From IMG/VR virus record IMGVR_UViG_3300006853_000015: a stretch of 64,000 nucleotides of DNA, one strand, 5' to 3'. The translations under genes and the position numbers were made by a program. Within the stretch, counting starts at the first letter, position 1; the number at the start of each line of letters is the position of its first letter. This document shows, in pieces, positions 8,096 to 16,795 of the stretch. This stretch comes from a virus. The notes under the pieces are model-generated. The model was given only the letters and a program-made list of their open reading frames with translations. It did no database searches and had not been told where the DNA came from.

Positions 8096-8422
8096 CTAAC
8101 CTCTACTAATGAGAGACCTCCAAACTACTGGAATTCCCAGTCTTTTGGCGTTGGCAATGCCTAACCGCATGCCCGCGCTTACGCCAAGGTCGTAATAAAC
8201 TACAGACGCATCTGCACATCGATGCCATGCGAAGCCCGCTTCTATGCCTAGGCTTCTCTCGTCTGGCACTTCATCCCGCAGGATGCCGGGTTGCGTATAG
8301 ATCGCGTGCGAAGCGTAAGGCGCTTCGCCGCGTAAAAGGCTGTCACGTAAACAAGCCCTTAGATAGGCCATGTTTGCGCGGCGATTTCCGCTGTACGGGC
8401 TCTCCAGGATGATAAGGCGCAT
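8096..8422 (-). CDS. Nucleoside 2-deoxyribosyltransferase-like small phage protein
   Basis: [10 protein letters not shown]...APYASH..YTQ...ER..GIEAG.AW...[16 protein letters not shown]; a common phage NDT-like pattern. Start 8422. Confidence 0.65.
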   Translation of the reverse strand: MRLIILESPYSGNRRANMAYLRACLRDSLLRGEAPYASHAIYTQPGILRDEVPDERSLGIEAGFAWHRCADASVVYYDLGVSAGMRLGIANAKRLGIPVVWRSLISRG

Positions 8423-8651
8423 TAAGCCACTCCCGTACCGCTGCACGCGCGGCGGCTTGCTGCGTTGGGAAGCGCGCAACCCGGCCGTTTTTGTCCATAA
8501 GAACCGTTTGCACGCCTAGCTCCAGATTGCGTGCCCGATACGGGGTTGAATTGGGGTCAGCAAGCACCACGAACACCTCTAGGCTACCGTGTCGCCAAAC
8601 TTGCCCGCTAGGCCGGTTTACAGCCCTCCACAGCCGCTTATCAACTTTCAT
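8343..8651 (-). CDS. Hypothetical protein (paralog of 8648..8905)
   Basis: LMDKNGRVARFPTQQAAARAAVREW; ATGA overlap at 8648-8651. Confidence 0.55.
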   Translation of the reverse strand: MKVDKRLWRAVNRPSGQVWRHGSLEVFVVLADPNSTPYRARNLELGVQTVLMDKNGRVARFPTQQAAARAAVREWLNAPYHPGEPVQRKSPRKHGLSKGLFT

Positions 8652-8905
8652 GGGGTGGTAGCACCCCAAACTTCAAACGCGGCTGTAGCGGCTTCTATTG
8701 GCGTTCTAAAGCGTATCGGCTTTTTACCATCCTTTGCCTTGAGATAGTATCCGATTTGCGGCCCAAGCGGGGCCGCATGGAAGGCAAGCCAGCCATTGGA
8801 AGCGCTTCGGCTTCTCTCGATACGCAAGGGGCCATGTTCGAAGCGCAAGCCATGTGCGCTCATGCGCAGCATGAAGCGCCTTCCCTTAACGGATATTTCT
8901 TCCAC
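8648..8905 (-). CDS. Hypothetical protein (paralog of 8343..8651)
   Basis: LKAKDGKKPIRFRTPIEAATAAFEVW. Confidence 0.55.
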   Translation of the reverse strand: MEEISVKGRRFMLRMSAHGLRFEHGPLRIERSRSASNGWLAFHAAPLGPQIGYYLKAKDGKKPIRFRTPIEAATAAFEVWGATTP

Positions 8906-8935
8906 GCCTTGCCCTTTCTGCTCTATCCCCTTGAA

Positions 8936-9442
8936 TTAAAAGGGAATTTCATCGTCTATCTCTTTGGCCGTGTCCGGGGCCGGATTGTTGCGGGGCCGCC
9001 TTCCATCAGCGCCACGCCCCGCCCTTTCGCCGCTGTTCTCGCTCTTGTAGGGGCCGCCGCGTTCACCACCGCCGCCGCGCGCTTCGCCCTGTGGCGGCTT
9101 ATCCAAGAGCACAATCTGCCCCTTGAAGCCGGTTACAACCACTTCGGTTGAATAGCGCTCGTTGCCGTTCTGATCTTCCCACTTGCGCGTTTGCAAGGAA
9201 CCCTCGATGTACACCTTGGAGCCCTTGGCGAGATAGTTTTCGCACACGCTGGCAATACCATCGCCCCAGACCACCACGGAAACCCACTCGGTTTTCTCGC
9301 GCCGTTCGCCTGTGTTCTTGTCTTTCCAGGTTTCGGAGCAAGCAAGCCGCATGTTCGCAACCTTGCCGCCCTGCGTCTGGCGCACCTCGGGGTCTGCCCC
9401 AAGGTTGCCAACCAAAATCACCTTGTTAACACTTCCAGCCAT
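8936..9442 (-). CDS. ssb: Single-stranded DNA-binding protein
   Basis: [21 protein letters not shown]...[16 protein letters not shown]...acidic tail DDEIPF. Confidence 0.97.
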   Translation of the reverse strand: MAGSVNKVILVGNLGADPEVRQTQGGKVANMRLACSETWKDKNTGERREKTEWVSVVVWGDGIASVCENYLAKGSKVYIEGSLQTRKWEDQNGNERYSTEVVVTGFKGQIVLLDKPPQGEARGGGGERGGPYKSENSGERAGRGADGRRPRNNPAPDTAKEIDDEIPF

Positions 9443-9461
9443 AGCCTTGCTATGAACCCCG

Positions 9462-9884
9462 TCAATCCTTACGCAAATACAGCTTGTGCTTTAGCTCGGA
9501 GATTTCTCCCTCAAGCCGGTTTATCGCCGCCGCCTGCCGCTCTTCGGTTTTGCGGCGGATTTCATCTAGCTGAACTTCAGTGCGCCTTGATTGCTCAATA
9601 AGCGGCGCGTTCACCTTGGCTGAATACCAATCAAGCCATTGGTTCACACCACCCGCTATGATGAGCGTTGATATGATTGCGCCCGCGATCTGACCCCACT
9701 TAACCGTACCCTCTCCGGCCTTGTCGGCCGTGCGGCTTACGTCTGTGATATCCTTTCGCAGTGCGGAAACGTCCGCGCGCACTTCTTCCACCACGCCTTC
9801 AAGCGCGTCAAAGCGGCTCTCCAGAAGCATGGTGTCAACGTTGCCGTTGTTCGGCTGACGCGCAGTGCGTCTCGCCGTGGCCAT
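9462..9884 (-). CDS. Coiled-coil protein with one TM helix (possible lysis or holin-associated)
   Basis: Heptad N-terminus, [17 protein letters not shown], coiled-coil C-terminus. Function not determined. Confidence 0.55.
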   Translation of the reverse strand: MATARRTARQPNNGNVDTMLLESRFDALEGVVEEVRADVSALRKDITDVSRTADKAGEGTVKWGQIAGAIISTLIIAGGVNQWLDWYSAKVNAPLIEQSRRTEVQLDEIRRKTEERQAAAINRLEGEISELKHKLYLRKD

Positions 9885-9895
9885 GTTGTCGTCTC

Positions 9896-10441
9896 CTATG
9901 GCAGCATTCTCGCCAGCTCATGAAGAACGCGCTGACCGATGCCCTGGACGCCCCTATGGAAAGCGGCCAAGCTTGCACCTTTCACCAATTCATCGGCAAG
10001 TCCAGGCCCCATCTGCTTAACGATGGGGAAGCGGGGCCGCCCGGCCCGCTTGAACACGTGGCCGCCTAGATAGACGTTATCGCCCGGCGCACCAAAAGCG
10101 CTTGGATATCTGGCTTGCGGCGTCTTGGCCAGAACGCCCCACGACATCTGTTTGGGCGAATAGTATTTCAGGGACATGGGGCCACCGCGCCCCACAATCT
10201 TAGCTTCGATGGCCGAGCCAGCTATGCGCGCCGGAACGAATTTCGTTGCCTTGGCGATGAAGCCGCGCGGGAAGCCGGTTTGCACAGCAAGCGCCCGCTT
10301 CACCGCAGTGAATGTTTTGCGCCCTTCGTGATTTACGGCGCGCACCATAACCACCTTGCCCTTACCAGCGCCAAGCGCCATTAGGGCGGCTGAATAGGTA
10401 GCCATAACGTGGTCAAGGGGCTGGATAACGATCATTGCCAT
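9896..10441 (-). CDS. Lambda gpZ-like minor tail / tail-completion protein
   Basis: RAVNH.GRK..TAVKRAL..QTG...GHVFKRAGRPRFPI...GP pattern; basic protein; first gene after a strong promoter. Start uncertain (10441-10483). Confidence 0.7.
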   Translation of the reverse strand: MAMIVIQPLDHVMATYSAALMALGAGKGKVVMVRAVNHEGRKTFTAVKRALAVQTGFPRGFIAKATKFVPARIAGSAIEAKIVGRGGPMSLKYYSPKQMSWGVLAKTPQARYPSAFGAPGDNVYLGGHVFKRAGRPRFPIVKQMGPGLADELVKGASLAAFHRGVQGIGQRVLHELARMLP

Positions 10442-10641
10442 GATGATCAGGCCCCAAATAACAGGAGCCCCGCCGCTGGCCATTACACCAGGGCGGGGCA
10501 GGGAGGGAGAACAATTACAACCGGCGCGGAACGCAAGACATCAGTCCGGCTGCAAAGGCTTGTAAGCTGCGATTTCGGATAGGGCCTAGCTGGGGGGATA
10601 GTTTCGGCCCCTTGGCTACAATTTCGCATCTTACCCTTTTT

Positions 10642-10674
10642 TATATAGCAAAATGCAGAAAGCGCCGCAACCCC
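10642..10674 (-). promoter_or_regulatory. Sigma70-type promoter for the gpZ/ssb operon
   Basis: Minus strand GGGG-TTGCGG-N17-TATATA, just downstream of a terminator. Confidence 0.6.
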
Positions 10675-10725
10675 ATCGCAAGCCTGTGTTAACCATGACG
10701 TAGTGTTGTGACATAGGTTATGTCT

Positions 10726-10750
10726 AAAAAAAGCCCGGCTGAAGCCGGGC
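10726..10750 (-). terminator. Rho-independent terminator after gcrA
   Basis: Minus strand GCCCGGCT-TC-AGCCGGGC followed by T7. Confidence 0.8.
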
Positions 10751-10900
10751 AGTTTGAGAAACCAAACATGAGAAATCAAAGAACGGCAACCTGCGAAGAT
10801 TAGGTCACGTTCTGTTCTGCGTAGCGGTTACATGGCTATGCCCTCCAAAAGGTGCGGCCCATCAATCCCATAGCTGGCCGCCTGCCTTACAATCTTGTGC

Positions 10901-11434
10901 CTAGGATTTTTTCGTCTTCCTACGCCAATTATATTGCTTGGTTTTCCCCCGCGCCGCAACCCCACCGCAGTAGCAGGCTATAAGAGCATCAATGTTAAGC
11001 GGCCTTGTGGGAGAGCGTGTAAGCCTGTGATGCGCTTCGCAGAATGACCGCCCTGGTAACGTAGGGGCTCCGCAGCACAGGAAGCCAACCATTCCGATAT
11101 CACATCCCAGATAGCTGCATTGGCCTTCCGAGATATTGAAAAGCGTTGGATGCTTCACGTCCATATAGCGCATCACATCAACGATTGGATGATCAACCGG
11201 CCGCGCCGCTTCCTTCGCCCTGTCTTGCCTGTCTTTCTTGTGTACCCTAACGTTTGAAGGGATAGAGCCGCGCTTGATGGCGCGGTCTATCTTCCCGATT
11301 ATTGCATTCTTGGAAACGCACATGCCAAGGGCAAGAAGAGCTTCGCGGATTTCTCCAAATTCGTGATGCCGCATCCGCATGGCCTTGGCTACTTCAAAGT
11401 ATGTGCGCCCGGTTGGTGACTTTGTGTCCCACAT
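10901..11434 (-). CDS. gcrA: GcrA-family cell-cycle regulator
   Basis: N-terminal SKNAIIGKIDR (GcrA SRNAVIGK.HR) and C-terminal TLFNISEGQCSY...FLCCGAPT..GRSFCEAH. Start MWDTK at 11434. Confidence 0.85.
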   Translation of the reverse strand: MWDTKSPTGRTYFEVAKAMRMRHHEFGEIREALLALGMCVSKNAIIGKIDRAIKRGSIPSNVRVHKKDRQDRAKEAARPVDHPIVDVMRYMDVKHPTLFNISEGQCSYLGCDIGMVGFLCCGAPTLPGRSFCEAHHRLTRSPTRPLNIDALIACYCGGVAARGKTKQYNWRRKTKKS

Positions 11435-11910
11435 TACAGCTCTAGCGGAACCTCTCTTTCGTTCAATGCCGCCGCGATGGCATGAAGCGCACGCTTGCGA
11501 TAGCGCTCGTTTGTATCCTTGGAGACCTTCAGCTTTTCCCTGCACATCTTCTCAACGCTTTGCGCCCGTGCGCGGCATTGCAGATAGAGCAGAAGGTGCT
11601 CGCGCTGTATGATGCACCCCACATGCTCCATAGGCCATGATATCGCAACGCCCGCCTTATCGATGTGGTGCGGGAAAACAATTCCGTTGTGATCAAAGAT
11701 ACGGCCTGCAAGGATTTCCAGAAGCTCCACATTCATGGCCCCGCCTAGCCGGTCAACTATCACCGTTGCGCGGATAAGCCGGGTTAGCACGTCGTTGGCT
11801 GTCCACTTTTCCTTCGCAAGGAGCACGGTGCGGTCCTGTATGGCTTCGATCTTATCGCCAAGCCGGGGCCGCTGTTTCGGGTTGCTAAGGCGTTGCGCGT
11901 ACCGCTTCAT
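11434..11910 (-). CDS. Putative late transcription regulator (Q / sigma-region-4-like C-terminal HTH)
   Basis: Lies directly after the primase-helicase. C-terminus CREKLKVSKDTNERYRKRALHAIAAALN is HTH-like. The family is inferred. Confidence 0.5.
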   Translation of the reverse strand: MKRYAQRLSNPKQRPRLGDKIEAIQDRTVLLAKEKWTANDVLTRLIRATVIVDRLGGAMNVELLEILAGRIFDHNGIVFPHHIDKAGVAISWPMEHVGCIIQREHLLLYLQCRARAQSVEKMCREKLKVSKDTNERYRKRALHAIAAALNEREVPLEL

Positions 11911-13727
11911 TCGGCTTCCCCCTGGAAGCGGGGCCGCCGCTGGTAATCCTTGGGCTCCGGGGGAATGTTCGGTTGCCCGATCACGCACGAGGTTATCTCG
12001 CTTCCATGCGTGTTTATCCCAAGGTCAACTTCGTTCAGGACATAACGGTAACGCGCACCCACTTTGCCGTCCTTCTGTTTCTTCACCCACATTTCCCTAA
12101 TGTCGCGCCCGTGCTGGTCATACATAACCTGCGGCTCTTCGCGCGATTTCTTCTCAGGCTTGGTCATCAAGATTTCGCAGATAAAGGCGTTCTCGAGATT
12201 GCCCTCTAAGCTGGTGTGGCCGCGTATCCGCGAGCCTTCTGCGTTTAGATGATGGATAAGCAGCACGGCGGCTCCAGTGCCTTCCTGTAGCTTGCGGCAA
12301 CGGTCCAGGCATACCGAAACGTCGCGGCCGGAAATATCATCCGCCCCGGTTGTGGCCGTGGCGTAGGTGTCGATTACAATAAGCTCAAGTCTAATGCCTT
12401 GATTGGCCTGGAATTCATCGTCAAAGTTCTTACACTCTTCAATCAAGTCATTCAGGTCTTCTTCATCCCTGTAAAGATTGATGCGGGAAGGCAGCAGAAC
12501 GAAGGGCAGGTCTTCGCGAACACCAAACGCCTTACGGTACGCGCGCAACCGTTGCTTGATGCCTACGCCGCCCTCTCCGGCTTGGTAGACAATCCCGCCG
12601 CGCAAAGCCTTGTGGCCCATGAAGCCGGTTCCGCGTGCGATGGACATGCACATATGCAGGGCGATGAAGCTCTTTCCGGTTTGCGTAGCCCCGGCCAAGA
12701 CAGCGATTTCCTGCCGCGTTAAAATCTTGTCGATTAGCCATTCGTATTCTTGACCGCCCGGCTTCTCGATTTCGCCCCACCGCATGGCCTTAAAGCGGCT
12801 TTTGAAGCTCCGCTGTTTCATGGTGACGGATTGCTCCACGGCCAGCTCTAAAAGCTGGCCAGCGGTTCCGCCCGCCTCAATCCAATCTGTGGCGTCCCCC
12901 TTTTCGGGAAGCCCCGGTAAATCGAGAACGCGCACAGAGCGCGCGATGCCGGTTAGCTGGCGATCAACTAACCGCGCGTGTTTGTCTCCGGCCTGATCAT
13001 TGTCCGGAAGGATCATCACGTCCGCATCAACAAACCACGGGCACAGCTCATCCGGCCACTTGCCCGCGCCCATCGGGTTGCACGTGGCGTTGATGCCTAT
13101 CTGCCGCAGATTGTTTACATCCTTCTCGCCTTCCACGATGAAGACAAGGTTGCCGTCTTCAATCCCCTTGATCAGCTCTGGAAGCCGGTAAGGCACTTGC
13201 GTTACGCCTTCCAGGTTCATAATCCAACCGCCGCTCCCATCGGGGCGGCGCTGGCGAAAGGTTTTCTTTTTGATGCCGTCCACCATGCCTTCCAAACGTT
13301 GAGCCTGAAAAATCACGGTGCCCGTTTTGTCTGTGTAATCGTAAGTGGCAACCACCTTAAGGCTTGGGGCCGGGGCCGCCTTCTTCTTCGGCTTGCTATC
13401 TTCCCTTTCCACTTTGAACTCCCCAAGGCCAAGCTGTTCTGAAACAGCCTTGGCCGCTTCGCCCATGGCGCACCCGTTAAGGTAGGCGTATAGCGATATT
13501 ACGTCTTTGCCCTTCACCCCTTCGCACGCGAAGTCAGCCCAAACGCCCGTTCTAAGGTTGATTGAGAAGCTTCCAGGCGTGCGATCCCCGCGAACGACGT
13601 TACGGGCAACCCACTCCTTGCCGCCCTTCTTCTGGCCATCTGGAAGCCAGGAAGACACAAGCGCCTCGATGTGCGCTTGTGCCTGTGCGATTAGCTGCGA
13701 GAACGCATTTGCAGCTTCTCTGCTCAT
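11907..13727 (-). CDS. Primase-helicase (TOPRIM + RepA/AAA_25 helicase)
   Basis: N-terminal GSFSINL.TG.W.DF; TOPRIM VFIVEGEKD and LPDNDQAG; Walker A AGATQTGKS; Walker B LIVIDT; LLIHH...RGHTSL. Confidence 0.92.
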   Translation of the reverse strand: MSREAANAFSQLIAQAQAHIEALVSSWLPDGQKKGGKEWVARNVVRGDRTPGSFSINLRTGVWADFACEGVKGKDVISLYAYLNGCAMGEAAKAVSEQLGLGEFKVEREDSKPKKKAAPAPSLKVVATYDYTDKTGTVIFQAQRLEGMVDGIKKKTFRQRRPDGSGGWIMNLEGVTQVPYRLPELIKGIEDGNLVFIVEGEKDVNNLRQIGINATCNPMGAGKWPDELCPWFVDADVMILPDNDQAGDKHARLVDRQLTGIARSVRVLDLPGLPEKGDATDWIEAGGTAGQLLELAVEQSVTMKQRSFKSRFKAMRWGEIEKPGGQEYEWLIDKILTRQEIAVLAGATQTGKSFIALHMCMSIARGTGFMGHKALRGGIVYQAGEGGVGIKQRLRAYRKAFGVREDLPFVLLPSRINLYRDEEDLNDLIEECKNFDDEFQANQGIRLELIVIDTYATATTGADDISGRDVSVCLDRCRKLQEGTGAAVLLIHHLNAEGSRIRGHTSLEGNLENAFICEILMTKPEKKSREEPQVMYDQHGRDIREMWVKKQKDGKVGARYRYVLNEVDLGINTHGSEITSCVIGQPNIPPEPKDYQRRPRFQGEAE

Positions 13728-14242
13728 ACCAGCTTCCCAATCAATTCAGGCGGTATCGGGTATTTGGTTGCGGCAAACCAAAGCCCCGCCGCGTCGCTTT
13801 CGTTGTTGTTGCGGGGCTCCATTCCGAGATCACGGCACAGCCGAAGAACCATCTTCTTCGCCGCTGGACCCTTGATGTTACCCTTGCCCAGGACGTGCTT
13901 ACGCCACGTCATCACCGCGATTTCTTCGATATGCCACACTCCAAGCTTATGGGCCGCGCCTTCCATAACGGCGGCTAAGCCCATCAACAGGCGGATTGTC
14001 CCAATGTTGGTGAAGCCCGTTTTAAAGTTCGGGTTTAGCGGGGTCTCCACAACTACGCGCACAATCGCCTCTTCTCGAATGGTTCTCGCAATCCAGCTCA
14101 TGGCCGCAGAATAAATCGCGGGATGAGTTGCCCCGGCCGCCGCGAAACGCAAAGAACCAATGCGGGGCAACTGCCCCGGCTCTCCAATCGCGAAGCCTGT
14201 CTCGCTTGCCAAATCAAGGGCAAGGACGTTACGGCTTCCCAT
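13724..14242 (-). CDS. RuvC-like Holliday junction resolvase
   Basis: VLALDLASETG, VVVETP, NNESDAAGLW: acidic RNase H-fold motifs. Confidence 0.8.
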   Translation of the reverse strand: MGSRNVLALDLASETGFAIGEPGQLPRIGSLRFAAAGATHPAIYSAAMSWIARTIREEAIVRVVVETPLNPNFKTGFTNIGTIRLLMGLAAVMEGAAHKLGVWHIEEIAVMTWRKHVLGKGNIKGPAAKKMVLRLCRDLGMEPRNNNESDAAGLWFAATKYPIPPELIGKLV

Positions 14243-14244
14243 GG

Positions 14245-14613
14245 CTACAACAAGCCGTCCTGTTCTTCCGGTTCTGCGGCGGGCTTGGCCGCCGCGAAGG
14301 TTTCGAATTCCGCGAACAAATCGCCCTGCGCAAGCATGCCCAGCTTCGCGGCGTACTCAACCACGGCGCGAACACGCGCCTGTTGCTGCAAGGGCTCCAA
14401 AGGCAGCATGGCGCGCACGAATGCCAACGCCTTGGCGTCCAAAGCGAAATCGTCACGGCCTGCACGGATGATTGCAGAAGCTTCCTGACTGTAGCCCTTC
14501 GCCGCTTCCTTCTTCTCCTCTGCCCTTGAAAGTACGCGGCGAAGCTCTTCCGGTGAAATGCCATTGCCGTTAGCGGCGGGAGCCGCAACGGCCTTCTTCT
14601 TTCCACGTGCCAT
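14245..14613 (-). CDS. GapR/DUF2312-like dsDNA-binding protein
   Basis: EELRRVLSRAEEKKEAAK.YSQE...II...D.FALDAKAL.FV...YAAKLGM resembles the GapR helical pattern. Start MARGKKK at 14613. Confidence 0.6.
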   Translation of the reverse strand: MARGKKKAVAAPAANGNGISPEELRRVLSRAEEKKEAAKGYSQEASAIIRAGRDDFALDAKALAFVRAMLPLEPLQQQARVRAVVEYAAKLGMLAQGDLFAEFETFAAAKPAAEPEEQDGLL

Positions 14614-14674
14614 TAAATTGCCCCGTTGGGGTTGCATAGGTGCACAGCACGCGGCACACTTTGCGCACCAGGAA

Positions 14675-14706
14675 AGCTTAACCCATGGCACGGCGCACGC
14701 AACCCC
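14675..14706 (-). promoter_or_regulatory. Leftward promoter (replication operon)
   Basis: Minus strand GGGG-TTGCGT-N16-TAAGCT. Confidence 0.5.
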
Positions 14707-14736
14707 ATGTCACGAATGTGTGAGCGGGACGTTAAT

Positions 14737-14777
14737 GGGGTTGCATCGATTTGCGAATTACCCTAGAGTTGTATAAT
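14737..14777 (+). promoter_or_regulatory. Rightward early promoter
   Basis: GGGG-TTGCAT-N17-TAGAGT at 14737-14769, with an additional TATAAT at 14772-14777. Confidence 0.6.
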
Positions 14778-14819
14778 ACCAAGGGTGTTAGTAAAGGTTC
14801 TAAATCACTAAGCTAAGAG

Positions 14820-14843
14820 AAAGGGGGCTTACAGCCCCCCTTT
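14820..14843. terminator. Bidirectional terminator-like hairpin in the divergent control region
   Basis: AAAGGGGGCT-TAC-AGCCCCCCTTT. Confidence 0.6.
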
Positions 14844-15006
14844 CCTATCTTGCTATGTATCTAACATGTAGGCGTTTTATAAAAGGGCGGGACGCCTTTT
14901 CCCGAAATCGTTAACCCAAGTAATCTTTCCGGTTGCCAACCGCTAACCCGTCGCATTAAGGTTTCAGCCGCAAGACAGTTAAACGTAGCGTAAGGGAGTA
15001 GAGAAC

Positions 15007-16086
15007 ATGGAACGCGGTCTCTCATTGTCACAGCTTGCCCATAAGCTGGCCGAACAAGAGCGCGAGAAGCACGACTTTATTGCACCCACCAAGCTGGCCG
15101 CTATGTCCACGGATGCCACCCAAGTGGCAATCCTGGAAAACGTGGGAACAACCGAAGAAGAATACGGCAACCCATACGAAGTGGGCGAGCTTGCCCATGA
15201 TCAGATTGCCGCCCGGCTTCAGATACCCACCAAGTTTTATCGCCGCATGCGGCAGGATCACCCCGAAATTCTGGCCGGAACGGTAAACCACCTTTGGCAG
15301 CATGAACCGGCCGAGGCCATGTTTCGCACGCTTGGTGGTCGCGTGCGCGCCGTGCTGTCGGATCGATATAACCGCATCGAGAACGGTGATATTGCCCGCG
15401 TAGTGCTTCCCGTTCTGATGGATAAGGCGAACGAGCTTCGCCCCATCGCTTGCGAAGTTACCGAAAAGCGCCTTTACATGCAGTTCGTTTCCGAGCGCGT
15501 TAAGGGCGACGTTAAGGTGGGCGACGCGGTGCAAGCTGGCGTAACCATCAGCAACAGCGAAACCGGCCACGGCGCGGTAAGTGTGCGCGCCATGGTTTGG
15601 CGGCTTTGGTGCAAGAATGGCGCGATTGCGCCCGATGGCAATTTCCGTGCGCACCACGTTGGCCGCCGCATCGGGGCTGACGAAGATTTGAACGATATCT
15701 TTGCGGATGATACGCGCCGCGCGGATGATACCGCGATCATGCTTAAGGTGCGCGACCACGTGAAAGCGGCCCTGGATGAAGTGCAATTTGGCAAGCGGCT
15801 GGATAAGCTGCGCGCCCTTACGGAAGGCCCCAAGCTGGCCGATCCTGTTGCAGCGGTTAAGGTGCTTTCTAAGAAGCTGGAATTCAGCGATGCGGAAGGC
15901 ACGGATATCTTGCGCCAGCTTATCGAGGGGGCCGATATAACCCCGTATGGCGTGATGAATGCCGTTACCTTCCAGGCCCATGCAACGCCAAGCTTCGACC
16001 GTGCTATTGAATTCGAAGCGGCAGGCGGGAAGCTTCTCGAATTCTCCCGCGCAGATTGGAAGGAAATCACCGAAGCTAAGCAGTAA
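15007..16086 (+). CDS. DUF932/DUF945-like phage protein
   Basis: RVRAVLSDRY..IEN, VGDAVQAGVTISNSETGHGAVSV...RLWCKNG, F...H.G. First gene of the early operon, with a GGAG RBS. Confidence 0.8.
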   Translation: MERGLSLSQLAHKLAEQEREKHDFIAPTKLAAMSTDATQVAILENVGTTEEEYGNPYEVGELAHDQIAARLQIPTKFYRRMRQDHPEILAGTVNHLWQHEPAEAMFRTLGGRVRAVLSDRYNRIENGDIARVVLPVLMDKANELRPIACEVTEKRLYMQFVSERVKGDVKVGDAVQAGVTISNSETGHGAVSVRAMVWRLWCKNGAIAPDGNFRAHHVGRRIGADEDLNDIFADDTRRADDTAIMLKVRDHVKAALDEVQFGKRLDKLRALTEGPKLADPVAAVKVLSKKLEFSDAEGTDILRQLIEGADITPYGVMNAVTFQAHATPSFDRAIEFEAAGGKLLEFSRADWKEITEAKQ

Positions 16087-16101
16087 TCTTTGTGTTGGCG
16101 T

Positions 16102-16124
16102 GGGGCGGGTTTCAACCCCGCCCC
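16102..16124 (+). terminator. Hairpin, probable terminator after the DUF932 gene
   Basis: GGGGCGGG-loop-CCCGCCCC; weak U-tract. Confidence 0.45.
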
Positions 16125-16435
16125 TAATCTTGCCTGGGAGGGTAAGGTTTTGCGTTCAGTTCATCTTGCGTTGCGGTGTCGTACAGGCATCGAGTACCGC
16201 ATTGCCGCTTCAAGCGTTGTTTTCGCCACAACTAAGGAAGGTTGGATTACCGCAATTCTACCGGGCATTGGTTCCATACGATTGCCCTATGAATTCTCCA
16301 TCGATCACGTTGATTACGCCTTGGCCGCCGCAAGCGAATATGGCCCCGCCCTTGGCGTGGTGCATCTTGGCGTAAAATACGGCGCTGCACAGCTTCCGCC
16401 CCTTGTGCAGCCACCACCCGCTTTTAAACCGCTCT

Positions 16436-16530
16436 AGGAAGCCACCACAGCCCCACAGAGCCGCGAAGCGGCCTGCCCAGCTACCCACGTAGCCTAAAAT
16501 GCTTTCGCCGCTCTGTAAGGCTTAAACGGC
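16436..16530 (+). repeat. Dispersed ~100-bp palindromic element, copy A
   Basis: Arms AGCCCCACAGAGCCGCGAAGC / GCTTTCGCCGCTCTGTAAGGCT; loop core AGCTA-CCCAC-GTAGCCTAAAA at 16479-16499. Confidence 0.7.
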
Positions 16531-16540
16531 GTTTTATCGC

Positions 16541-16795
16541 ATGGTGTGGAAAATGTCGAAATCGTGCCGTTCGTGCCGCTTTTACAGTGACCGCTTGGCC
16601 AAGGTGCAAGGCGGTTGCGTTGTTGCGTGCTGCCTATCTCGCCTTAGCCCTTCTCGGGGCCTGTTCCTTCTACCAGGGCGCGCCTGTGCCGCGTATGAAT
16701 TCGGAGAGCCGGTAGATGCCTATCAAGTCCAAATCGCAACCAACTTCATCACAGCCCTTGCAACAGGAGACGGCGGGGTTGAACCCGCCGTTTGA
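16541..16795 (+). CDS. Small Cys-rich hypothetical protein
   Basis: CRSCRFY...C...C pattern; overlaps the exonuclease ORF. Confidence 0.4.
   Translation: MVWKMSKSCRSCRFYSDRLAKVQGGCVVACCLSRLSPSRGLFLLPGRACAAYEFGEPVDAYQVQIATNFITALATGDGGVEPAV

Noticed and set aside
10548-10621. Possible fifth copy of the ~100-bp palindromic element (minus-strand AGCTA-GGCCC-TATCCGAAA)
   Set aside because: The core matches only partly and the flanks do not form convincing inverted arms.
10483-10779. 98-aa minus-strand ORF
   Set aside because: It spans a terminator and a promoter, has no recognisable motif, and is more simply explained as non-coding.
12192-12197. General avoidance of all 6-bp palindromes
   Set aside because: CTCGAG occurs here, and GAATTC, AAGCTT, GATATC, CCATGG and GCATGC are frequent. 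CTGCAG, GGATCC and GTCGAC looked scarce, but I did not count them, so I make no claim.
14614-15006. cI/cro immunity switch or CtrA boxes (TTAA-N7-TTAA) in the divergent region
   Set aside because: No HTH repressor ORF flanks the region and no correctly spaced TTAA pair was found.
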